NCBI GenBank assembly: GCA_028282585.1
Contig: JANQHR010000001.1
Location: 1-29,888 of the forward strand
Length of the DNA stretch: 29,888 nt
DNA from: Bacteroidales bacterium
GTDB lineage: Bacteria; Bacteroidota; Bacteroidia; Bacteroidales; UBA12077
Direction of reading: 5' to 3'
Shown here piece after piece: positions 8,231 through 19,166 of this stretch; position 1 is the first letter of the stretch, and each line of letters opens with the position of its first letter. A program made the translations under genes and the position numbers. Under the pieces are notes generated by a model. That model was given only the letters and a program-made list of their open reading frames with translations. It had not been told where the DNA came from and ran no database searches.

Positions 8231-9598
8231 ATGAATAATAAAAATATACTATTAAATATTCTTGTAAGAATATTGCTCGTAATTATAAATTGCTTTTTGA
8301 TTGCATTTGCATATAGAATAGTAAAAAACGAATATGTTTTTGTAGTAGTTAATTTGTCAGTTTTACTTACAATACAGATAATATTATTTATTCGATTCTT
8401 TATTAGATTAAGCTCTGATATAAAACTTTTTTTTGAAGCAATTTCCAACAATGATTCGTCATTACTTTTCGAATCACAAAACAAACAAATTCTAATCTCA
8501 AATTACAACGAGTTTCTCCAAAAAATCAGTAACACAATTCAAGAAAAAAATCTTGAGATTGTAAAACAAAAAACGTTACTTGAAGGTGTTTTTGAAAATG
8601 CTAAAGTTGGAATCATTACTTATTTAAACGATGGTAAAATTGATTCATTCAACACTTATGCAGAAGTGCTTTTAAATATCAAGAAAACAACCTATATATC
8701 AGAACTTAATAAAGCCCATTCAGCTTTACCAACATTATTAAAAGAACTTGAACCAACCAAAAATCAAACATTAAGAGTTAATTTTCCATCAAAGGAACAT
8801 CCCGACATTATTGAATCTAAAGTATTATCTTTTACTAAATCTATATTTGGTATTGATAATAGGATCATAAATTTAATTTCTTTTAACGATATTAGAAATG
8901 AATTAGAAAATAAAGAAATGGAGTCATGGCAAAAATTGATTCGTGTGTTAACACACGAAATAATGAATTCCATTAGTCCAATTACTTCATTAACAAAAGC
9001 TGTTTTAGGTTATATAAATGAAATTGAAAAAGACTCTCATACAGAGAAGAACATTAAAAAAACTCAAACAAGTATAAAAACAATTGAATCAACTAGTAAT
9101 TCTTTACTTCATTTTGTTGAACAATACAGAAACTTAACATTACTTCCCAAACCTACATTTACAGAATTCAAAATCTCATATTTATTTGATGACATTGGCA
9201 CTCTATTTAAACAAGAACTGTTAGAAAAAGATATTGACTTTCAAGTTATGGAAATTAGTCAAAACACCTCTGTTAATGCAGATTATGATTTGTTAAAGCA
9301 AGTAATGATAAATCTAATCAAAAATGCTGTTTTTGCTTTAAAAGGAAGTCAAAAAGCACGGATAGGACTGAACTTCTCTAAAAATTCCAAAAATCAGAAT
9401 ATAATCCAGGTTATAGATAATGGTAAAGGTATTGATGAATCATTAATTGATAAAATATTTATCCCCTTCTTTACAACAAAAGAAACCGGAACTGGGATTG
9501 GTCTAAGTCTATCAAAGCAAATAATGAGATTGCATAGTGGCGATATAGTTGTTAAATCTAATCCAAATAATTCAACTGTATTTTCTTTGATATTTTAA
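8231..9598 (+). CDS. NtrY-like sensor histidine kinase
   Basis: Two N-terminal TMs, PAS-like segment, H-box LTHEIMNS, N-box NLIKNA, DNGKG, PFFTTK, GTGIGL. Confidence 0.93.
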   Translation: MNNKNILLNILVRILLVIINCFLIAFAYRIVKNEYVFVVVNLSVLLTIQIILFIRFFIRLSSDIKLFFEAISNNDSSLLFESQNKQILISNYNEFLQKISNTIQEKNLEIVKQKTLLEGVFENAKVGIITYLNDGKIDSFNTYAEVLLNIKKTTYISELNKAHSALPTLLKELEPTKNQTLRVNFPSKEHPDIIESKVLSFTKSIFGIDNRIINLISFNDIRNELENKEMESWQKLIRVLTHEIMNSISPITSLTKAVLGYINEIEKDSHTEKNIKKTQTSIKTIESTSNSLLHFVEQYRNLTLLPKPTFTEFKISYLFDDIGTLFKQELLEKDIDFQVMEISQNTSVNADYDLLKQVMINLIKNAVFALKGSQKARIGLNFSKNSKNQNIIQVIDNGKGIDESLIDKIFIPFFTTKETGTGIGLSLSKQIMRLHSGDIVVKSNPNNSTVFSLIF

Positions 9599-9648
9599 GA
9601 AGGATTTTAAGCTGTTTTTTAAAAAAGAATTTAAAGGTTTCTAATACC

Positions 9649-10665
9649 TTATCGAGATTCCTTTTTATCACGCCAATACTGAATGTATTTTTCTTGGGTT
9701 ATAATTCCAACAGGCCCTTTATAAATTCCGCCATGAAATCTGCCATCATATACTCTAACAGCGATTGTATTTAAGGTATTTGGTTTAAGAATATTATCCG
9801 GTAAATAATAACCTCTAAATTGGTTATACTCTGACGATATGATGATGTCATTAAAACCTTTTTCAAATCTTCCTGTTGCAGCTACCAGTTGACCGTTAAT
9901 ATATAACTGATCAATATCATCAATTTTTCCAAGTACTAAAACCAATTTATTCGAAATTAATTCAATATTAGGTTCTATTTGAATTACATACCATGCAAAC
10001 CCATCATAATTTCGGTATCCTTGATTTTCCCATGTACCCGGTACAATAATTTCATCCCAATCTGAATAATTGTTTAAATTGCTCCATCGGAGATTATCAC
10101 CAGTTTTGAATTTCCATAAACCTTGTAAATCAATATCAAGTTGCATTGGGTATTTTTCTTTTAATAACCTAATATTACCTCTAATAATCCCACCTTCTAA
10201 TTTCTCATCGAATACCCTTACGGCAATTAGGTTCTCTGAATCATATTTTATTAAACTTTTAGGAATAAGATATAATCTTTTTGCGTTGTATGCAGTTTTA
10301 TAATTCGGAGGAAAAGACCCCGTTGATCCGATTTTATTTCCATTTACATAAACATCATCAACATCATCAACGTACCCTAGCTCAAGATATAAATTTTGAT
10401 TATTGAACTCTGCTGGTATATTGATCTTTTTGCGATACCACGCAATTCCATCATAACCATGATAACCTTGTGATTCCCATGAGCCGGGCACCTTTAATTC
10501 ATTCCAATTTTCATCATTAAAATTGTTACTTGCCCATTCCTGATCATCACCAATAGAAAATTTCCATCTTCCTTCTAAATCAGCAATTGTGGATAATTCC
10601 TGATTGAAAGATTCCAAGAAAACAAAACACAAACCTATTATGATATATAATTTCTTTCTCAACAT
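9649..10665 (-). CDS. Secreted protein of two galactose-binding-like jelly-roll domains (GH2-N / beta-galactosidase jelly-roll type), no catalytic domain
   Basis: Signal peptide; twice WKF..GD...W...VPG.WE.QGY..YDG.AWY...LG..DD.D..Y.NG...N.IAVRV.D....GGI; TAATG overlap with the upstream paralogue. Confidence 0.8.
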   Translation of the reverse strand: MLRKKLYIIIGLCFVFLESFNQELSTIADLEGRWKFSIGDDQEWASNNFNDENWNELKVPGSWESQGYHGYDGIAWYRKKINIPAEFNNQNLYLELGYVDDVDDVYVNGNKIGSTGSFPPNYKTAYNAKRLYLIPKSLIKYDSENLIAVRVFDEKLEGGIIRGNIRLLKEKYPMQLDIDLQGLWKFKTGDNLRWSNLNNYSDWDEIIVPGTWENQGYRNYDGFAWYVIQIEPNIELISNKLVLVLGKIDDIDQLYINGQLVAATGRFEKGFNDIIISSEYNQFRGYYLPDNILKPNTLNTIAVRVYDGRFHGGIYKGPVGIITQEKYIQYWRDKKESR

Positions 10666-11717
10666 TAATTATTTAATAAGTTCCAGATGGTAATATTACG
10701 GTAATATTTTCTTTCAAAATATTTAAATTTTTCTTCAGTTGTAATACCAACCGGCCCTTCGTAAATACCGCCATCTTTATAATAGTCATAAACCTTAACA
10801 ATTACAGTATTTTTTTCATTTTTCATAATATATTTTTTCGGAATCTCATATCCGCGTAAGGCCTGATATTCATCACCTTTAGAGGAATACGCACCTCTTT
10901 TCTTTAAATCAAATACAGTTCCTATAAGTCTACCATTAAAATAAACATAGTCGTAATCATCTATTCTACCTAATAACAATACTAAATTATCTTCTGCTAA
11001 TTTTTCGGGGATAACAAAAGTTTTCATATATACAGCATAACCGTCATATTCTTCAAAACCTTCATCTTCCCACTTAGCTGGAACATTAATTTTTGTCCAT
11101 TCAAGCTCCGATAGTTTAGGATTTATGTTATTTGAGGGTTGGCTTAATGCGAAACTCCATTTCCCTTCCAAATTAATCTCGAGTAAATCGTTTGTAATAT
11201 CATAATATAATCCCACATCTCCTGCAAGAATTCCGCCATTTAAATGGGAATCATAAACTCGAACAGCAATTACGTTATTGTTATCTCTTTTTAATAAACT
11301 ATGTGGAACACTATATATTCGTTCTGTATTATACGCAGTTAAGAATGTTGGGAAAAAGCTTCCTGACTGCCCTATCTTTTCTCCATTTACAAACACTTCG
11401 TCTACATCATCAATTTTTCCAAGGACAAGGTAAATTGGTTTTTCTAAATCAAAGCTTGACAACTTAAAAGTCTTTCTGTACCAGGCAAAGCCATTATATT
11501 CTTCATACCCTTGTGATTCCCATAACCCGGGAACATACAACCTGTCCCAATCATTATCATTAAAATCCACCTCTAACCATTCTTCATTATCTCCAACGGA
11601 GAATTGCCAATATCCTTGCAAACCTCTAAAGCGCTCTAATTCCTGAGCAACTAATTCGTTTGCAAAGATTAGCAAAGCAAGAAATATCACAAGCATTTTA
11701 ACTAAAGAGAATTTCAT
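10665..11717 (-). CDS. Paralogous secreted tandem jelly-roll (lectin/CBM-like) protein
   Basis: Same duplicated motif set. Start set at MKFSLVKML (11717), which gives a signal peptide and removes the overlap with the upstream gene. Confidence 0.8.
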   Translation of the reverse strand: MKFSLVKMLVIFLALLIFANELVAQELERFRGLQGYWQFSVGDNEEWLEVDFNDNDWDRLYVPGLWESQGYEEYNGFAWYRKTFKLSSFDLEKPIYLVLGKIDDVDEVFVNGEKIGQSGSFFPTFLTAYNTERIYSVPHSLLKRDNNNVIAVRVYDSHLNGGILAGDVGLYYDITNDLLEINLEGKWSFALSQPSNNINPKLSELEWTKINVPAKWEDEGFEEYDGYAVYMKTFVIPEKLAEDNLVLLLGRIDDYDYVYFNGRLIGTVFDLKKRGAYSSKGDEYQALRGYEIPKKYIMKNEKNTVIVKVYDYYKDGGIYEGPVGITTEEKFKYFERKYYRNITIWNLLNN

Positions 11718-11727
11718 GTGATGTAAG

Positions 11728-12093
11728 TTAATAAACATACTTAAATTTAATTTTAATCCAATAAATGTCCTCATTAAACAGATACTTCTCTAAGTATAAA
11801 CCACTATTTGCCAATAATTCTTTGGAGTATTCAACTAACTCTGAATTTTTCCCAAGGACATGATAAAAATGAACCGTTCCATCATTGTTTACAGAAAAAC
11901 ACACGGATAATTCACTTTTTTTAGTATCATTCATAATTTCCTCAAACGGCATTTCAGCAAACAATTCTTTAATATCAATGTTCAGCTGAGATATTGCTTT
12001 TTTCCTGGCAATTTTATTATCTTTTGATTGCCCTACCGTTGAAACCGTTAAAAGAACTAATACGGTTAATGTTAAAATTCTCATTGTTTTCAT
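11728..12093 (-). CDS. Small secreted protein, TonB C-terminal-domain-like
   Basis: Signal peptide MKTMRILTLTVLVLLTVSTVG; P...ELSVCFSVNNDGTVHFYHV...helix...YWIKIKF parallels TonB-CTD V.V.F.V...G.V...helix...PI.F. Confidence 0.55.
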   Translation of the reverse strand: MKTMRILTLTVLVLLTVSTVGQSKDNKIARKKAISQLNIDIKELFAEMPFEEIMNDTKKSELSVCFSVNNDGTVHFYHVLGKNSELVEYSKELLANSGLYLEKYLFNEDIYWIKIKFKYVY

Positions 12094-12131
12094 GACTTTT
12101 AAAGTTTAGTTTAACATATTTATTTACAATG

Positions 12132-12206
12132 CTAAACTACAACCCTCTTAACACTAACTCGTCACAATAATGTCAAAGTTCGTCATTTAATGTCACAAAA
12201 ATGTCA
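12132..12206 (-). promoter_or_regulatory. Promoter with five phased direct repeats (OmpR/PhoB-type operator) and a -7-like element
   Basis: GTCA at 12161, 12172, 12182, 12192 and 12203 (+ strand; spacing 11/10/10/11); TAGTTTAG -7-like element on the minus strand at 12139-12132. Confidence 0.75.
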
Positions 12207-12211
12207 TCGGT

Positions 12212-12904
12212 TTAACTAATAACAAGCTTATAACCTATTCCATGCATAGTTAGAATATAATTTGGCCTATTCGGATCATCTTCAACCTTCTGTCTTAATT
12301 TAAGAATAAAGTTATCTATTGTTCTCGGAGTGGGCTGGTAATCGAATCCCCAAACTTCATCAAGTAATATATTTCGTGTTACAGTACCATTTTTCCTTCT
12401 CCACAAACAATGTAAAATTTCAAATTCTTTTATCGATAGCTTTATTGGCTTTTTATTTAAAAAAGCATTGTATGTATCAAAGTTTACCGTCAGATTTCCG
12501 ATTTGAATCTCTTTTGATTCCTCGGCAATGGCATCAGTATGTTGAGCTCTCCTTAAAACTGCTTTTACTCTTGCTAATAGTTCTCTTAAACTAAAAGGTT
12601 TTGTTATATAGTCATCACCACCCGTTTCTAAGCCAATAACCTTATCTATTTCTTCTGATTTTGCTGTTAAGAAAATAATAGGAGTTTCTATCCCTTCCTT
12701 TCTTGCTTTTTTACAAATATCAAAGCCTGAAATATTTGGCAACATTACGTCTAATATGATTAAATCGAAACCTGTATGAAGTATTTTGTTTAAACCTAAA
12801 CTTCCATCGCTGGCCGTATCAACATTATACCCTTCAAACTCAAGATTATCCTTTAATCCTGATAACATATGCGGTTCATCTTCAACAATCAGTATTTTAG
12901 CCAT
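12212..12904 (-). CDS. OmpR/PhoB-family response regulator
   Basis: ILIVEDE, LDVMLP, DDYITKPF, winged helix RTIDNFILKLRQK...T..GIGY. Confidence 0.95.
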   Translation of the reverse strand: MAKILIVEDEPHMLSGLKDNLEFEGYNVDTASDGSLGLNKILHTGFDLIILDVMLPNISGFDICKKARKEGIETPIIFLTAKSEEIDKVIGLETGGDDYITKPFSLRELLARVKAVLRRAQHTDAIAEESKEIQIGNLTVNFDTYNAFLNKKPIKLSIKEFEILHCLWRRKNGTVTRNILLDEVWGFDYQPTPRTIDNFILKLRQKVEDDPNRPNYILTMHGIGYKLVIS

Positions 12905-12914
12905 TTCTTAAATA

Positions 12915-14483
12915 TTATGTTTGTAACGGAAATAATAATTTAAAGCTACTTCCTATATTGGGTTTACTGTTAACAGTTATCCTACCTTTATGAGCATCCA
13001 TAATATGTTTAACAATACTTAAACCCAGACCTGAACCTTGCGCTTTATAAGCCAGATCCGCTTCACGAACTCTATAAAATTTTTCGAAAATATGCTTTTG
13101 TTCTTTTTCATTAATTCCTATACCATTATCCCTAATTTCAATAAATTGATATTTTCCCTCAGTATTTGTTAATATGCTTATATGTTTATTCTCTTCACTA
13201 TACTTTACTGAATTAGATATCAAATTAATAACTGCATCCTTTACAGCATCTTTATCTATAATAATTTTAGAGAGATCATCCGAAAGAATTAAATCATATG
13301 TAAAACCTTTGCTCTGCAGCTCGTGTTTATATACATGTATTACTTCATTAACCACTTCATTTAATAAACAAGCAATAAATGAATAAGACCGTTTATTATT
13401 TTCAATCCTGGAAAAATTTAGAATATTACTTACTATTCCGTTTAACCTATTTGTTTCTAATTGAATAACCTCATAGTATTCTTTCTTTTTTTTATCATCT
13501 TTTACCCTATCCATCATTAAAGTTTCCGAATACATCGAAATCATTGCTAAAGGTGTCCTTAATTCGTGAGATACATTTGAAACAAACTCGCTCTTTATTT
13601 TTGCTAGCTCCATTTCTTTTTTCACATTATAATATAAAAACCAGGTTCCGAAAATGATTAATAAATTAAATAATATAACCAAGAATATTACGGTTCTTAC
13701 CCTCTTTTTGACCAAATCATTCAAGGTTTTACCTGTTAAGTGAATTCCTACACTGTAACCAGGGATAAGCCATAATTCCTTTGATTTTTGAACACTTTCC
13801 ACATCATTTATGGAAGTACTATTTGAATATACTATTTCGGATTTATTGTTTTCAAAAACCAAAATATTCATTCTTTCTTCTCCAATTTGCTGAATTTTAG
13901 GAGATAAGATTTCCGACACAAATTGCTTAGTATTTATTGTAAGTATACCTACATTTTGTTTGTTGTCTTTCATTAACACAAAAACTAAAAAGGTTAATTC
14001 TGGTGCTACTAAAAATTGTTCTCCCAATACTTTTTGGTAATTATTTCCTAAATAATCAAATAAATCTGATATTTCATTTTGGTTACCTTCTAAATATTCT
14101 ATAATAGCCAGATTTATTACTTCTTTATCATTCCGTTTTGAAATTTCTATTCCTGGAATTTCCGGATTATCGTAATTTAAAATATTCAGCTGTCTTAATA
14201 CATCATTTCGATTTAAGAAATTATCCAAACTATTTAAATTAACTTGTGCATCAGATGAATAGATTTCATCAATCCTCTTTACCCATGCATCTGTTACATC
14301 AACCGAATATTGATTAATCGAGAATAAAATTGATTCCAGTTGATTATTATATACCTCATCAATTACCATTTCTTCATCAGTTATTGTGCTATATTGGTAA
14401 ATCGAGAAAATAAAACTTGGAACAATAACCACTAAAACAACAAATAAAACAGAAAGCAATATTTTGTTTCTAAAAAAGTTCAT
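12915..14483 (-). CDS. Sensor histidine kinase with an approximately 230-aa periplasmic domain
   Basis: TM1, periplasmic region, TM2, H-box SHELRTPL, NLISNSVKYS, DNGIG, FEKFYR, GSGLGL. Confidence 0.95.
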   Translation of the reverse strand: MNFFRNKILLSVLFVVLVVIVPSFIFSIYQYSTITDEEMVIDEVYNNQLESILFSINQYSVDVTDAWVKRIDEIYSSDAQVNLNSLDNFLNRNDVLRQLNILNYDNPEIPGIEISKRNDKEVINLAIIEYLEGNQNEISDLFDYLGNNYQKVLGEQFLVAPELTFLVFVLMKDNKQNVGILTINTKQFVSEILSPKIQQIGEERMNILVFENNKSEIVYSNSTSINDVESVQKSKELWLIPGYSVGIHLTGKTLNDLVKKRVRTVIFLVILFNLLIIFGTWFLYYNVKKEMELAKIKSEFVSNVSHELRTPLAMISMYSETLMMDRVKDDKKKKEYYEVIQLETNRLNGIVSNILNFSRIENNKRSYSFIACLLNEVVNEVIHVYKHELQSKGFTYDLILSDDLSKIIIDKDAVKDAVINLISNSVKYSEENKHISILTNTEGKYQFIEIRDNGIGINEKEQKHIFEKFYRVREADLAYKAQGSGLGLSIVKHIMDAHKGRITVNSKPNIGSSFKLLFPLQT

Positions 14484-14555
14484 CTATAACTATCTTGGTT
14501 TAAGGACAATGTCTAAAGTTAAATATTAATTTTATATATCTGTATTGATTCATGT

Positions 14556-14586
14556 AAAAAAGGTTGGTTATTTAAGTCCAACCTTT
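14556..14586 (-). terminator. Terminator after the EamA gene
   Basis: AAAGGTTGG-N10-CCAACCTTT with an A run on the left (U tract on the minus strand). Confidence 0.7.
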
Positions 14587-14605
14587 CTTTAAATCTGATA
14601 TTTAA

Positions 14606-15541
14606 TTAAGACTTATTTTTCCTTAAAATCAACTGGCCTAGTTTTCCTTTATAATTAATTTTGATAATTGACAATACCATAATTGCAGCACTTAGCCACT
14701 GAATTACAGACAATTGAGAGTTATTAAAAATATAATCAAAAATTATAGCAGACATTGGGAATATAAGTTCAACAATTACAGATATAATTGCATTAACCCT
14801 ACGCAATCCGTAATAGTACAAAAAAATAGCACCACTTCCGGTTGTTAAGCCGATAATGATAAAAAATATCCAATTACTATGATTAGCTTGTGAAAATTGA
14901 TGAATTTCTTTAGTTACTAAAACATATAAAAGCATTAAGAACACCGTAAAACCATAACGAAAAAATGTCATTGTTTTAAAGTTGTATTTCTTTAAACCTA
15001 TTTTACTAAAAACAGTAGAACTTCCAAAACATAATGCTGCTATTAAAGCATACATTGCAGCCAAAATAGTATTTTTATCTGTTGAAATAGCAGGCCAGTT
15101 AAACTCAAAAGTTAATACATAACCGGCAATTATTGCCAAAAATCCCCAAAATAAAAACCTTTTGGTAAGTTTTTCTTTTAATAATATTGCTGCTAATAAA
15201 ATAGCAAAAATGGGTTGCAGCTTTTGCAACAAAACTACAACACTCAATTGCTGAAAATTAACTAAAAATAAAGCCTTTACAATCGATAAAGTTCCCAAAG
15301 CTCCACCTGTTAACGCTATACCTAAAAAAATTAATAAATCTTTTGAATTAAACTGATTTATTAACTTGTATTGTCTAAACATGAAGACATTCATCAACAA
15401 AAATGGAATTAAGTGCAGCATAAAAACTACAAACCCTACTTCTAAATTATACAAACGTGGAGTTAAAACTACTCCATCAAATCCCCACATAATTGCAGAG
15501 ATCCCAATTGCTATTGTTCCTATTAAAGTTTCTTTATTCAT
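14606..15541 (-). CDS. DMT/EamA-family transporter
   Basis: About 10 hydrophobic helices, WG near the N-terminus, QPIF...LA...LKEK, two EamA-like halves. Confidence 0.88.
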   Translation of the reverse strand: MNKETLIGTIAIGISAIMWGFDGVVLTPRLYNLEVGFVVFMLHLIPFLLMNVFMFRQYKLINQFNSKDLLIFLGIALTGGALGTLSIVKALFLVNFQQLSVVVLLQKLQPIFAILLAAILLKEKLTKRFLFWGFLAIIAGYVLTFEFNWPAISTDKNTILAAMYALIAALCFGSSTVFSKIGLKKYNFKTMTFFRYGFTVFLMLLYVLVTKEIHQFSQANHSNWIFFIIIGLTTGSGAIFLYYYGLRRVNAIISVIVELIFPMSAIIFDYIFNNSQLSVIQWLSAAIMVLSIIKINYKGKLGQLILRKNKS

Positions 15542-15550
15542 TTTCTTAAG

Positions 15551-15582
15551 AAAAAAAGTTGATCTGATAGATCAACCTTTTT
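15551..15582 (-). terminator. Hairpin terminator between yidC and the EamA gene (possibly bidirectional)
   Basis: A7-GTTGATCT-GAT-AGATCAAC-CTTTTT. Confidence 0.75.
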
Positions 15583-15587
15583 ACGAA

Positions 15588-17450
15588 TTATTTTTTCTTA
15601 GGTGGTTTATATCCTCTTTGTTTTGCCGCATCTTCTAAACGCTGTTGCCATTTCGATTTTTTAACAGGTTTCTTTTTGTTTTCATGTAATTTCTTTAGAA
15701 GAGCTTCTTCATCAACAAATCTTCTGATAAATAAGGTTTGACCTAATGTAATTACATTCGACAAGAAATAATAATAGCTCAATCCTGACGAATAGTTGTT
15801 AAAGATAAATAATAACATAACCGGCATCATATAAGTCATCATAAACTTCATTCCAGGCATTTGTTGATTTGCATCATTCATTTGTCCGGTGTTCAATCTA
15901 GATGAGAAAACTAATGCTACTGCCATTAAAACTGTAAATAAACTAATATGATCTCCAAATCCAAATGGTACAGTAAATGGTAAGTCAATGATGGAATCAT
16001 AAGAAGATAGGTCATCGGCCCATAAAAATGCTTTTTGTCTTAACTCAAAAGATGCCGGGAAGAAACGGAACATTGCAATTAATATTGGAAACTGTATTGC
16101 CATTGGAATACATCCTCCCATCGGATTAACACCAACCTTTTTATACATTGCCATGGTTGCCTGTTGCTTTTTCATCGCATCTTCTTTCTTGGGAAACTTC
16201 TTATTAATCTCATCTATTTCCGGTTTAAGGACACGCATTTTTGCTGTAGATAAATATGATCTGTATGTTAAAGGAAATAAAACGAGCTTAATTAGTATGG
16301 TCAATATTAATATGATAAGACCATAATTTGCAATATAATTATCTAAAAAGTTAAAAACCGGTATAATCACAAATCTATTAATCCAACTAATAATTGATCT
16401 TCCTAACGGTATAATCTTTTCAAATCCTAAATCATATTTCTTTAATGTATTAAAATGATTTGGGCCAAAATAAAATGACAACGGTACCGATGATTGTGAA
16501 GAAAATTCAAATGGAATTCCAATAGTTGATTCAAAATATTTTAAATATTTAGCATCTTCTTCAAAAGTAACATATTCAATAATTCCATTTGCTAAATAAT
16601 TATCTGCAACTAAAACAGAAGAAAAGAACTGATGTTGAAAAGAAACCCATTTTAATTTTGTATTCAATTCTTCACTGTTATCATCCTTACCTCTTGATTT
16701 TAGTGTATTTACCTCGTCTTGATAATACTTATACCCAATGGTTGTGTACATATTTTCGTTCTTTGCACCTTTTTCTAACTGAGGTACATACATAGACCAT
16801 TTTAAATCCAGAACATTCGTGTTATTTGCAAGTATTTGATTAAATCCAACAAAATTCATGTCAAAATCAACCATGAAATCATCAGGATTTAAAGTGTAAA
16901 CATATTCCAGGTATTTATTTTCGCCACCGTAAAGCCTCATTTTAACAGAGTTATCTGTAACTTCGCTGGGCACAAAAAATAAGTTATTAGTTTCAATTCC
17001 CCGCAGATCAATCGTATTGAATTGCAAACCGAATACGGTTGAATCTCCATCAAATAATAAAAGCGGTTTCTGAGCATATGTTTTATATTCCTTTAATTCC
17101 ACCGAATAGATCCTACCTCCTTTATTACTTATTTTCACACGAAGATGCTCATTTTCTATTGTAATAAACTCTTGAGTACCATAAGCAGCTTCTGCAAAAC
17201 TTCCATATTGACTTTGGTATAAACCCAGATCAATTGAATCCTGCTGAACATTTGATTCATTCTGAATATTACTGGTAATATTTGGTTCTATTTGTTTTTG
17301 CTGGATAACCTCCTGCTGACGTACTAACTCAAGCGAGTCTCTCTTGTGTTTTGCTGCTTCAATCTCTTCTTTTGAAGGTTTGTTTATTTGCGTCCAAAGC
17401 ACTAATAATCCGGCTATTATAACAATACCTATAATTGAATTCCTATCCAT
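15588..17450 (-). CDS. yidC: Membrane protein insertase YidC
   Basis: N-terminal TM, large periplasmic domain, NYGLIILILTILIK, NPMGGCIP..IQFPI, FLWADDLS. Confidence 0.96.
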   Translation of the reverse strand: MDRNSIIGIVIIAGLLVLWTQINKPSKEEIEAAKHKRDSLELVRQQEVIQQKQIEPNITSNIQNESNVQQDSIDLGLYQSQYGSFAEAAYGTQEFITIENEHLRVKISNKGGRIYSVELKEYKTYAQKPLLLFDGDSTVFGLQFNTIDLRGIETNNLFFVPSEVTDNSVKMRLYGGENKYLEYVYTLNPDDFMVDFDMNFVGFNQILANNTNVLDLKWSMYVPQLEKGAKNENMYTTIGYKYYQDEVNTLKSRGKDDNSEELNTKLKWVSFQHQFFSSVLVADNYLANGIIEYVTFEEDAKYLKYFESTIGIPFEFSSQSSVPLSFYFGPNHFNTLKKYDLGFEKIIPLGRSIISWINRFVIIPVFNFLDNYIANYGLIILILTILIKLVLFPLTYRSYLSTAKMRVLKPEIDEINKKFPKKEDAMKKQQATMAMYKKVGVNPMGGCIPMAIQFPILIAMFRFFPASFELRQKAFLWADDLSSYDSIIDLPFTVPFGFGDHISLFTVLMAVALVFSSRLNTGQMNDANQQMPGMKFMMTYMMPVMLLFIFNNYSSGLSYYYFLSNVITLGQTLFIRRFVDEEALLKKLHENKKKPVKKSKWQQRLEDAAKQRGYKPPKKK

Positions 17451-17486
17451 TTTAAGTTTTCTTTATTATCTTTATTAAATAAAATA

Positions 17487-17505
17487 AGGCAAGTAATACT
17501 TGCCT
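17487..17505 (-). terminator. Hairpin between pyrG and yidC
   Basis: AGGCAAGT-AAT-ACTTGCCT followed on the minus strand by TATTTT. Confidence 0.55.
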
Positions 17506-17528
17506 GCAATATTAGTATAATTTTGTTA

Positions 17529-19145
<1,617 letters not shown>

Positions 19146-19166
19146 TTATCGATTGTTAAATATAGA

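Noticed and set aside
11718-11774. Longer N-terminus of the 369-aa jelly-roll ORF
   Set aside because: Overlaps the upstream gene and buries the signal peptide; the ATG at 11717 fits better
12212-14483. Naming the pair phoB/phoR because of the Pho-box-like repeats
   Set aside because: The kinase has a large periplasmic domain and no PAS, and no pst/phoU genes are nearby; GTCA repeats are not unique to PhoB
3640-14600. tRNA-Gly-anchored integrative island
   Set aside because: No integrase, and I found no duplicated tRNA 3' end (att) by eye; the block looks accessory but its boundaries cannot be supported
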